Shown here piece by piece: positions 29,257-41,267 of a stretch of 64,000 nucleotides of DNA (positions are counted from its first letter, which is position 1; each line of letters opens with the position of its first letter). Made by a program: the position numbers and the translations under genes. Location: positions 127,412,001 through 127,476,000 of the forward strand of contig CM059432.1 of the NCBI GenBank assembly GCA_030390025.1, read 5' to 3'. This stretch comes from Squalus acanthias (lineage: Eukaryota). The notes under the pieces were generated by a model that ran no database searches, had not been told where the DNA came from, and saw only the letters and a list, made by a program, of their open reading frames with translations.

Positions 29257-29727
29257 CTTTAACCTGTGGGGAGACCAAAATGTTACATTTTAATTCTTAA
29301 CAGTTGTCATCTGATTGATATGGAACCATTTTAGTTTAGGTTCTTCCTTCGGACCATATGGCACATTCAGTAGATACACAGCTGGATTTAATTTATCTAC
29401 TGTGGTATGAGGGCCTGTCCATTTTACCTCGAATGAGTGTTTTTTGGAGAGAAATTTTGTAACATTACCTGGTCCCCAACCTCATACTCAAATGGTTTTA
29501 CCCTCTTATCATAATATCGCTTGATTTGTTCACACGATTTGCCTGTGTTAATGGCCATCAGTCTGTTCACCTCGTCCATATGATCTATCAAGATTTGTAA
29601 CCATTTTTGGCGACAGGGTTGTAACTTTAATGGTGTGTTATTTCCCAATGTTACGTGTCCTGGTATCCGCATTTGTCTCCCAGTCATAGCCTCATGTGGA
29701 CTTACCCTCGTAGTCCCGTGTGGGGTA

Positions 29728-31098
29728 GAACCCCGGCGTTCCTTCCGAGTGACTGTTTAACTCTTGCTGTGTTCTGTTGACTGAAGCTTCTCATCCTCTG
29801 GTTTCGCACTGCTTTCAGTATTCAATAGCTGTTTCTTTTATACTGTACCTTCTTTTCCCTTTCAAAAATACATAGCAACTTACAGCTGCTTGGGCTGTCT
29901 CACCATTCTGACCTTCACAAGTACAGTCTATGATTTCCTCCCCTTTTCTGCTGTGAGCTTTACTATGAGAACTTTTACATCTTTTGCCTTTTCCATAGCC
30001 CATTATCTAGACTGGTCTGAAACTTCAGCGATAAGGGACGTTAGGTATTGAAAACCCTCAATCTTACTTTGAGACTTAATTAATGTTTTGTCCTTCACTG
30101 TCTTTTTGTTTTTAACATAACAGAAAATCTACACTACCTCAGCGCTATTCTTGCAGTTAACGTAATGTTGGCTTAATTTTACCATCATGCTTTGATCTCA
30201 GCCATTCGCCATTTTATACAGGCTTTTTAGGTTTTTAACATATAATTTCACATATTATAGTTATTTACTAATGGTTATAGAATCTTAATAATATTGGGCC
30301 AGAAATTCGGCTCTGGTCGGGTGAGTACGCGCTGTGTACTCACCCGTAAGGCCACCTGAAGTGCCGGTTTCACGCATGCACTGCGCATGCGCGGGAAACC
30401 GGAACTTCCGTTCCCCTGAAGGGAGGGGTTCAGAAGTCGAACATGTGCGCGGGAGAGGCTGCGCGCACACCGCAAACTTCGGGGTTTTTTTCAGGTTTCT
30501 CCGGGAAGGTAAGTATGGAGAAGCTGCACTTTAAAAAAGGAGGCGCAAGGCCTGTTTTTAACAAGGTAAGTGGTTAATTAATTACAATTTAAACATTTTT
30601 TCAACAGGTTTATCTTTTTTAGATACTTTAAAGAAAGGTAAGTTTATTTTTAGCACTGTTAAAAAGTATAATTAATTTTTTCAAAAATTTAAATTTTTGT
30701 TTAAAGTAGTTAATTTATGTAACTTATAGTTATTTTAAAAATGTGACGTTATAAAAAAAAATTATTTGAAGTTTAAGTGTGGTTTTGGGTCCGATCTCTA
30801 TTCTTAGATTTGACAGATCTTCCTGTCAAATCTATGAATGAAAATGCCCTGCTAGGATTGGCTCTCCATGGCCCACGTGATCCCAGAGGACGCTTCAAAC
30901 TAACTGCATCCCTGGGATAAGCGACCACTGCGCGCCGGCAGCTGGAGGAGGCCCAGGACCCGAGGTCCTCGTGGGCCGAAAGCACAACTGCAGGCGCGGT
31001 AGGCAAGTACGCGCGTGATGCTTGCACCCGCAGGAAGCCGGAAAGCCGAATTTCTGGCCCATTGTTTACTAAATCCTACAGGTACACTCTATCCTGCT
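29728..31098 (-). repeat. Internal partial LTR (U3, TATA, part of R), unit 2
   Basis: Matches the LTR from gaaccccggcg onward; lacks the AATAAA/U5 segment. Confidence 0.85.
30296..31060. mobile_element. MITE (GGGCCAGAAATT family), ATT TSD, unit 2
   Basis: gggccagaaattcggct / agccgaatttctggccc TIRs. Confidence 0.9.
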
Positions 31099-31141
31099 GA
31101 TCCTTACCTTGAGGGCGAGGCATTTTGCCGACCCCTCAAAA

Positions 31142-32948
31142 CTAAAATCTTACATATGGGTTTGTTCTCCCACATTTATGTAACTCTAAGATATTCTGGG
31201 TTGTGATCATATTTAAACGCGATCGGGTTTTGTACGTTAGGTATTTCAGGTAGCAGGTGTAAACTAGTAAGCATATCAGTACTACAAGTTGGGTGATGAC
31301 CAGTACATGGGAAATTATCCTAATCCAAGGAGGAATTTCCATGTTTGTCCCTATGTTGTATTATTAGTCCTAACAATTTTTGACTCCTACCTTGTGGCAT
31401 TTGTGTTTAACTGGGTAGATCTTAATCAAACTTCTGATCTTACATAGTTCTGCATCATCGTAATAACTGGATAGCCCTGATAAATGTTTCTTAGTGACCC
31501 AAGTGGGGAGACGTCCCTTATTGATGGTCTGAAGGTTTTCCCTAGTTTGCTCAATCAGCCAATTCCCGTACATAACGCATACATCATTATGGGCTGCTTG
31601 ATCAGAGGCATTTCTGTTTTCTCTAATCAGATCATTAATTCTTTTGGCATGATCCTCTATCTCGTGTATGATGTCCCGCAGGTGTATGGTCATTACCTGA
31701 TCCTCCCTTAGCTCCTCGCTTACTATGCTGTTTTCCTTACTGAGTATCTCCTTCAATTTCTCCCTTACCGTTTGTAATTGTCTCTGTAAATCTGCGGAGT
31801 CCATTGAGTTAACTATTGAGGTTACTGTGTTGAAACCCGTGAACCCATCATTTATCAATCCTCTTCTCCGCCTACTCTTTCCCTGGCTGTCCTCTTGAGT
31901 GGTACTAAGCTTGTGGCGGAAGGCCCCTTCTGTTTTCTCTATGCTCGTCGACAAAGTCGCCTTTTCCCAGTATTGGCTAAAAACCTGCTGCAGCATTCTT
32001 TGAGTTAATTGTGCTGTTTTGTCAGGGCACCACATTGGTAGTATTGGGTCTGTTAAATTGAGGATAACAGGGGCCACTTCTGGTATTACTTGATGATACA
32101 CTGCTTTATAGGTAGGGATAATTACAAGACCATTCCCAGGTCCCGGTTTTAAGTGATTCTCGAGTACTCCCTCTTGGGGTTCTGAATGGTTTGTTTTCTC
32201 ATAGGGTGTGAGCCTAACGCTATAGAAATACCCATCCTCCCTTACACATCCGGTTATCGCATTTTTGAATTCTACTGTGCTGCTATCGTTATTCTCGGGG
32301 TCCTTATAATTTCCCCAACGTTTAAAGGTTGTCATAAAGGGTTCATTCCCTGCTGAGGTAATCTTTATATTAACTTCGGGGATATGAGGCCAATCATCAC
32401 TCTGATTTTTAAGGTCCAAGATAATATTTGACCCAATACAAGAATACTGGCCGGCGTGTTACTTCCACCACCGAGGCCAACATAATTGTACGTATTCCTT
32501 GCTCTCTGAAGCTACTGGGCCCTGGTTTGATTCTTGTACCTGTTCCCAGATTCCATTATTTTTCTTCCGGAATTTCCACACATTTGCACCTTTGCTGTCT
32601 CCTATCCCGCACCTGATACACACACCATATCCTTCTTTTATTTCCCAACTATACACCTTTTCTTGTAATGTACCACAACCTGTCACATATGTTGTTGTTA
32701 CATTATCTTTTGTACTGTTTCTGATCCAAACCGGAACATCCCCCCCCATATGTCTCAGATGAACCACTATGGTTCTTTGATTGTTTATGTCCGCCAATAA
32801 TTTGAGGTTCCGTTCCATAGATGGGGAGTGGTGCGCATTCGCCTCCTTGATCCAGTGTACAGATGTTGATGGTAAAGTCAAAAGTTTTTGTTACCTCCGT
32901 AGAGCTCGCTGCACATCCAATCATCAATATCAGTATACAGAGCCACAT
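31142..32948 (-). pseudogene. env: ERV env copy B
   Basis: ORFs 32703-32948, 32459-32881, 31370-32419 and TM ORF 31142-31342 (WIRIISHVLVITQLVVLICLLVYTCYL). Confidence 0.85.
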
Positions 32949-33419
32949 CTTTAACCTGTGGGGAGACCAAAATGTAACATTTTAATTCTTAACAGTTTTC
33001 ATCTGATTGATATGGAACCATTTTAGTTTAGGTTCTTCCTTCGGACCATATAGCACATTCAGTAGATACACAGCTGGATTTAATTTATCTACTGTGGTAT
33101 GAGGGCCTGTCCATTTTACCTCGAATGAGTGTTTTTTGGAGAGAAATTTTGTAACATTACCTGGTCCCCAACCTCATACTCAAATGGTTTTACCCTCTTA
33201 TCATAATATCGCTTGATTTGTTCACACGATTTGCCTGTGTTAATGGCCACCAGTCTGTTCACCTCGTCCATATGATCTATCAAGGTTTGTAACCATTTTT
33301 GGCGACAGGGTTGTAACTTTAATGGTGTGTTATTTCCCAATGTTACGTGTCCTGGTATCCTCATTTGTCTCCCAGTCATAGCCTCATGTGGACTTACCCT
33401 CGTAGTCCCGTGTGGGGTA

Positions 33420-34767
33420 GAACCCCGGCGTTCCTTCCGAGTGACTGTTTAACTCTTGCTGTGTTCTGTTGACTGAAGCTTCTCATCCTCTGGTTTCGCA
33501 CTGCTTTCAGTATTCAATAGCTGTTTCTTTTATACTGTACCTTCTTTTCCCTTTCAAAAATACATAGCAACTTACAGCTGCTTGGGCTGTCTCACCATTC
33601 TGACCTTCACAAGTACAGTCTATGATTTTCTCCCCTTTTCTGCTGTGAGCTTTACTATGAGAACTTTTACATCTTTTGCCTTTTCCTTAGCCCATTATCT
33701 AGACTGGTCTGAAACTTCAGCGATAAGGGACGTTAGGTATTGAAAACCCTCGATCTTACTTTGAGACTTAATTAATGTTTTGTCCTTCACTGTCTTTTTG
33801 TTTTTAACATAACAGAAAATCTACACTACCTCAGCGCTATTCTTGCAGTTAACGTAATGTTGGCTTAATTTTACCATCATGCTTTGATCTCAGCCATTCG
33901 CCATTTTATACAGGCTTTTTAGGTTTTTAACATATAATTTCACATATTATAGTTATTTACTAATGGTTATAGAATCTTAATAATATTGGGCCAGAAATTT
34001 GGCTGTTGTCGGGTGAGTACGCGCTGTGTACTCACCCGTAAGGCCACCTGAAGTGCCGGTTTCCTGAATGCACTGCGCATGCGCAGGAAACCGGAACTTC
34101 CGTTCCCCTGAAGGGAGGGGTTCAGAAGTCGAACGCGTGCGCAAACTTCGGGGTTTTTTTCAGGTTTCTCCGGGAAGGTAAGTATGGAGAAGCTGCACTT
34201 TAAAAAAGGAGGCGCAAGGCCTGTTTTTAACAAGGTAAGTGGTTAATTAATTACAATTTAAACATTTTTTCAACAGGTTTATCTTTTTTAGATACTTTAA
34301 AGAAAGGTAAGTTTATTTTTAGCACCGTTAAAAAGTATAATTAATTTTTTCAAAAATTTAAATTTTTGTTTAAAGTAGTTAATTTATGTAACTTCTAGTT
34401 ATTTTAAAAATGTGATGTTTTTAAAAAAAATTATTTGAACTTTAAGTGTGGTTTTGGGTCCGATCTCTATTCATAGATTTGACAGATCTTCCTGTCAAAT
34501 CTATGAATGAAAATGCCATGCTAGGATTGGCTCTCCATGGCTCACGTGATCCCAGAGGACGCTTTGAACTAACTGCGTCCCTGGGATACGCAAGCACTGC
34601 TCGCCGGCAGCTGGAGGAGGCCCAGGACCTGAAGTCCTCGTGGGCCCAAAGCACAACTGCAGGCGCGGTAGGCAAGTACGCGCGCGATGCTTGCACCCGC
34701 AGGAAGCCGGAAAGCCGAATTTCTGGCCCATTGTTTACTAAATCCTACAGGTACACTCTATCCTGCT
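33420..34767 (-). repeat. Internal partial LTR with MITE (33988-34729), unit 3
   Basis: Same junction and MITE site as unit 2. Confidence 0.85.
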
Positions 34768-34810
34768 GATCCTTACCTTGAGGGCGAGGCATTTTGCCGA
34801 CCCCTCAAAA

Positions 34811-36619
34811 CTAAAATCTTACATATGGGTTTGTTCTCCCACATTTATGTAACTCTAAGATATTCTGGGTTGTGATCATATTTAAACGCGATCGGGTTTT
34901 GTACGTTAGGTATTTCAGGTAGCAGGTGTAAACTAGTAAGCATATTAGAAGTACAAGTTGGGTGATGACCAGTACATGGGAAATTATCCTAATCCAAGGA
35001 GGAATTTCCATGTTTGTATCTATGTTGTATTATTAGTCCTAACAATTTTTGACTCCCTACCTTGTGGCATTTGTGTTCAACTGGGTAGATCTTAATCAAA
35101 CTTCTGATCTTACATAGTTCTGCACCATCGTAATAACTGGATAGCCCTGATAATTGTTTCTTAGTGACCCAAGTGGGGAGACGACCCTTATTGATGGTCT
35201 GAAGGTTTTCCCTAGTTTGCTCAATCAGCCAATTCCCGTACATAACGCATATATCATTATGGGCTGCTTGATCAGAGGCATTTCTGTTTTCTCTAATCAG
35301 ATCATTAATTCTTTTGGCATGATCCTCTATCTCGTGTATGATGTCCCGCAGGTGTATGGTCATTACCTGATCCTCCCTTAGCTCCTCGCTTTCTATGCTG
35401 TTTTCCTTACTGAGTATCTCCTTCAATTTCTCCCTTACCGTTTGTAATTGTCTCTGTAAATCTGCGGAGTCCATTGAGTTAACTATTGAGGTTACTGTGT
35501 TGAAACCCGTGAACCCATCATTTATCAATCCTCTTCTCCACCTACTCTTTCCCTGGCTGTCCTCTTGAGTGGTACTAAGCTCGTGGCGGAAGGCCCCTTC
35601 TGTTTTCTCTATGCTCGTCGACAAAGTCGCCTTTTCCCAGTATTGGCTAAAAACCTGCTGCAGCATTCTTTGAGTTAATTGTGCTGTTTTGTCAGGGCAC
35701 CACATTGGTAGTATTGGGTCTGTTAAATTGAGGATAACAGGGGCCACTTCTGGTATTACTTGATGATACACTGCTTTATAGGTAGGGATAATTACAAGAC
35801 CATTCCCATGTCCCGGTTTTAAGTGATTCTCGAGTACTCCCTCTTGGGGTTCTGAATGGTTTGTTTTCTCATAGGGTGTGAGCCTAACGCTATAGAAATA
35901 CCCATCCTCCCTTACACATCCGGTTATCGCATTTTTGAATTCTACTGTGCTGCTATCCTCATTCTCGGGGTCCTTATAATTTCCCCAACGTTTAAAGGTT
36001 GTCATAAAGGGTTCATTCCCTGCTGAGGTAATCTTTATATTAACTTCGGGGATATGAGGCCAATCATCACTCTCATTTTTAAGGTCCAAGATAATATTTG
36101 ACCCAATACAAGAATACTGGCCGGCGTGTTACTTCCACCACCGAGGCCAACATAATTGTACGTATTCCTTGCTCTCTGAAGCTACTGGGCCCTGGTTTGA
36201 TTCTTGTACCTGTTCCCAGATTCCATTATTTTTCTTCAGGAATTTCCACACATTTGCACCTTTGCTGTTTCCTATCCCGCACCTGATACACACACCATTT
36301 CAATTCTTTTATTTCCCAACTATACACCTTTTCTTGCAATGTACCACAACCTGTCACATATGTTGTTGTTACATTATCTTTTGTACTGTTTCTGATCCAA
36401 ACCGGAACATCCCCCCCCATATGTCTCAGATGAACCACTATGGTTCTTTGATTGTTTATGTCCGCCAATAATTTGAGGTTCCGTTCCATAGATGGGGAGT
36501 GGTACGCATTCGCCTCCTTGATCCAGTGTACAGATGTTGATGGTAAAGTCAAAAGTTTTTGTTACCTCCGTAGAGCTCGTTGCACATCCAATCATCAATA
36601 TCAGTATACAGAGCCACAT
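34811..36619 (-). pseudogene. env: ERV env copy C
   Basis: ORFs 36374-36619, 34989-36089 and 34811-35011. Confidence 0.85.
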
Positions 36620-37114
36620 CTTTAACCTGTGGGGAGACCAAAATGTAACATTTTAATTCTTAACAGTTGTCATCTGATTGATATGGAACCATTTTAGTTT
36701 AGGTTCTTCCTTCGGACCATATAGCACATTCAGTAGATACACAGCTGGATTTAATTTATCTACTGTGGTATGAGGGCCTGTCCATTTTACCTCGAATGAG
36801 TGTTTTTTGGAGAGAAATTTTGTAACATTACCTGGTCCCCAACCTCATACTCAAATGGTTTTACCCTCTTATCATAATATCGCTTGATTTGTTCACACGA
36901 TTTGCCTGTGTTAATGGCCATCGGTCTGTTCACCTCGTCCATATGATCTATCAAGGTTTGTAACCATTTTTGGCGACAGGGTTGTAACTTTAATGGTGTG
37001 TTATTTCCCAATGTTACGTGTCCTGGTATCCGCATTTGTCTCCCAGTCATAGCCTCATGTGGACTTACCCTCGTAGTCCCGTGTGGACTTACCCTCGTAG
37101 TCCCGTGTGGGGTA

Positions 37115-38485
37115 GAACCCCGGCGTTCCTTCCGAGTGACTGTTTAACTCTTGCTGTGTTCTGTTGACTGAAGCTTCTCATCCTCTGGTTTCGCACTGCT
37201 TTCAGTATTCAATAGCTGTTTCTTTTATACTGTACCTTCTTTTCCCTTTCAAAAATACATAGCAACTTACAGCTGCTTGGGCTGTCTCACCATTCTGACC
37301 TTCACAAGTACAGTCTATGATTTCCTCCCCTTTTCTGCTGTGAGCTTTACTATGAGAACTTTTACATCTTTTGCCTTTTCCATAGCCCATTATCTAGACT
37401 GGTCTGAAACTTCAGCGATAAGGGACATTAGGTATTGAAAACCCTCGATCTTACTTTGAGACTTAATTAATGTTTTGTCCTTCACTGTCTTTTTGTTTTT
37501 AACATAACAGAAAATCTACACTACCTCAGCGCTATTCTTGCAGTTAACGTAATGTTGGCTTAATTTTACCATCATGCTTTGATCTCAGCCATTCGCCATT
37601 TTATACAGGCTTTTTAGGTTTTTAACATATAATTTCACATATTATAGTTATTTACTAATGGTTATAGAATCTTAATAATATTGGGCCAGAAATTCGGCTC
37701 TTGTCGGGTGAGTACGCGCTGTGTACTCACCCGTAAGACCACCTGAAGTGCCGGTTTCCTGAATGCACTGCGCATGCACGGGAAACCGGAACTTCCGTTC
37801 CCCTGAAGGGAGGGGTTCAGAAGTCGAACGTGTGCGCGGGAGAGGCTGCGCGCACACAGCAAACTTCGGGGTTTTTTTCAGGTTTCTCCGGGAAGGTAAG
37901 TATGGAGAAGCTGCACTTTAAAAAAGGAGGCGCAAGGCCTGTTTTTAACAAGGTAAGTGGTTAATTAATTACAATTTAAACATTTTTTCAACAGGTTTAT
38001 CTTTTTTAGATACTTTAAAGAAAGGTAAGTTTATTTTTAGCACCGTTAAAAAGTATAATTAATTTTTTCAAAAATTTAAATTTTTGTTTAAAGTAGTTAA
38101 TTTATGTAACTTATAGTTATTTTAAAAATGTGATGTTTTAAAAAAAATTTATTTGAAGTTTAAGTGTGGTTTTGGGTCCGATCTCTATTCTTAGATTTGA
38201 CAGATCTTCCTGTCAAATCTATGACTGAAAATGCCCTGCTAGGATTGGCTCTCCATGGCCCACGTGATCCCAGAGGACGCTTCAAACTAACTGCGTCCCT
38301 GGGATACGCGAGCACTGCGCGCCGGCAGCTGGAGGAAGCCCAGGACCTGAAGTCCTCGTGGGCCCAAAGCACAACTGCAGGCGCGGTAGGCAAGTACGCG
38401 CGCGATCCTTGCACCCGCAGGAAGCCGGAAAGCCGAATTTCTGGCCCATTGTTTACTAAATCCTACAGGTACACTCTATCCTGCA
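37115..38485 (-). repeat. Internal partial LTR with MITE (37683-38447), unit 4
   Basis: Same junction and MITE site as units 2 and 3. Confidence 0.85.
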
Positions 38486-38528
38486 GATCCTTACCTTGAG
38501 GGCGAGGCATTTTACCGACCCCTCAAAA

Positions 38529-41234
38529 CTAAAATCTTACATATGGGTTTGTTCTCCCACATTTATGTAACTCTAAGATATTCTGGGTTGTGATCATATT
38601 TAAACGCGATCGGGTTTTGTACGTTAGGTATTTCAGGTAGCAGGTGTAAACTAGTAAGCATATCAGTACTACAAGTTGGGTGATGACCAGTACATGGGAA
38701 ATTATCCTAATCCAAGGAGGAATTTCCATGTTTGTCCCTATGTTGTATTATTAGTCCTAACAATTTTTGACTCCCTACCTTGTGGCATTTGTGTTTAACT
38801 GGGTAGATCTTAATCAAACTTCTGATCTTACATAGTTCTGCATCATCGTAATAACTGGATAGCCCTGATAAGTGTTTCTTAGTGACCCAAGTGGGGAGAC
38901 GACCCTTATTGATGGTCTGAAGGTTTTCCCTAGTTTGCTCAATCAGCCAATTCCCGTACATAACGCATACATCATTATGGGCTGCTTGATCAGAGGCATT
39001 TCTGTTTTCTCTAATCAGATCATTAATTCTTTTGGCATGATCCTCTATCTCGTGTATGATGTCCCGCAGGTGTATGGTCATTACCTGATCCTCCCTTAGC
39101 TCCTTGCTTTCTATGCTGTTTTCCTTACTGAGTATCTCCTTCAATTTCTCCCTTACCGTTTGTAATTGTCTCTGTAAATCTGCTGAGTCCATTGAGTTAA
39201 CTATTGAGGTTACTGTGTTGAAACCCGTGAACCCATCATTTATCAATCCTCTTCTCCGCTTACTCTTTCCCTGGCTTTCCTCTTGAGTGGTACTAAGCTC
39301 ATGGCGGAAGGCCCCTTCTGTTTTCTCTATGCTCGTTGACAAAGTCGCCTTTTCCCAGTATTGGCTAAAAACCTGCTGCAGCATTCTTTGAGTTAATTGT
39401 GCTGTTTTGTCAGGGCACCACTTTGGTAGTATTGGGTCTGTTAAATTGAGGATAACTGGGGCCACTTCTGGTATTACTTGATGATACACTGCTTTATAGG
39501 TAGGGCTAATTACAAGACCATTCCCAGGTCCCGGTTTTAAGTGATTCTCGAGTACTCCCTCTTGGGGTTCTGAATGGTTTGTTTTCTCATAGGGTGTGAG
39601 CCTAACGCTATAGAAATACCCATCCTCCCTTACACATCCGGTTATCGCATTTTTGAATTCTACTGTGCCGCTATCTTTATTCTCAGGGTCCTTATAATTT
39701 CCCCAACGTTTAAAGGTTGTCATAAAGGGTTCATTCCCTGCTGAGGTAATCTTTATATTAACTTCGGGGATATGAGGCCAATCATCACTCTCATTTTTAA
39801 GGTCCAAGATAATATTTGACCCAATACAAGAATACTGGCCGGCGTGTTACTTCCACCACCGAGGCCAACATAATTGTACGCATTCCTTGCTCTCTGAAGC
39901 TACTGGGCCCTGGTTTGATTCTTGTACCTGTTCCCAGATTCCATTATTTTTCTTCAGGAATTTCCACACATTTGCACCTTTGCTGTCTCCTATCCCGCAC
40001 CTGATACACACACCATATCATTTCTTTTATTTCCCAACTATACACCTTTTCTTGTAATGTACCACAACCTGTCACATATGTTGTTGTTACATTGGGGTAA
40101 AAATTAGGTCGCGCCCCATTTGGGGCGCAAATATCGTCTGGACGCAAATATTAGCGCCTGGCGCTAATTATCGGCACTGACTGGAAACTTCACTTTTACC
40201 GCCCCGGGAGGTGAGTGGAGCGCTAAATCAGGCGCTGCACACCTGTCTTAAGGCGCAAAGGCCAAGGAGTGAGGCGCTACCTCAGAGCGCTGGCGAAGCT
40301 CATGTCATGTCAGTCAGCAATGGAACACACACACAATGGCACGGGCCAGTTCTTAAAGGGGATGGTTAATCTTGCTTTCCATCCACATCCTGTTCATTGC
40401 AGCCTTGAATCTCGGCCTGGAGAGACTTGCACATCAAATGTGCTGGAAAGAACAATGGAGAGTACCAGGCAAAGAGCTCAGAGTGCAGCTCCCACAGTCT
40501 CTGCTAAATCGATACAAGGAATGGCAAATCAAAATGAACCTGCAAAGTGCTGCTCAGTACCCAAAACTCCTTCACACAACGTTGAATCTCCCCAGAAGTC
40601 TCTCCCTCTCGCTCTCAGAATGCGTAGTTCAAAAATGCCACCAACAATAAAAGACAGGAAGAGGCCCCCTTTAAATAGCGCCCCCCCCCAGCCCCACAGC
40701 GATTGATAGCGTTCCAGTCTTCTGGTCGTTGGATGCGCCAGGCGGTAAGGCAGGGGGCGCCACTCAATTTCCGCTCCGGGGCGCCACAAGGGCGTTGCAC
40801 CATGGAATGACGTCATAATCTGCGCGCGCAGGTGGTCGCAGCGGTAAGTTTTAGCGCCGCCGCACAATCTCTAGTTAAGTTCCCGAGCGGCGCAAACATC
40901 GCTGCGCCCGGGCGTTAGCGGCTTTGCGCCCCATTAGCGCCCTCTTAAGGCGCTAACGGGAGGCGCAACCAACTGAATTTTTACCCCATTATCTTTTGTA
41001 CTGTTTCTGATCCAAACTGGAACATCCCCCCCCATATGTCTCAGATGAACCACTATGGTTCTTTGATTGTTTATGTCCGCCAGTAATTTGAGGTTCCGTT
41101 CCATAGATGGGGAGTGGTGCGCATTCGCCTCCTTGATCCAGTGTACAGATGTTGATGGTAAAGTCAAAAGTTTTTGTTACCTCTGTAGAGCTCGCTGCAC
41201 ATCCAATCATCAATATCAGTATACAGAGCCACAT
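38529..41234 (-). pseudogene. env: ERV env copy D (contiguous with pol), interrupted by a Harbinger derivative
   Basis: ORFs 40989-41234, 38707-39807 and 38529-38729. Confidence 0.85.
40094..40987. mobile_element. 894-bp non-autonomous Harbinger derivative of the 51567-56126 family
   Basis: ggggtaaaaatt / aatttttacccc TIRs; ATT TSD confirmed against the empty sites in env A-C; both ends match the autonomous element in reverse orientation. Confidence 0.95.
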
Positions 41235-41267
41235 CTTTAACCTGTGGGTAGACTAAAATGTAACATT

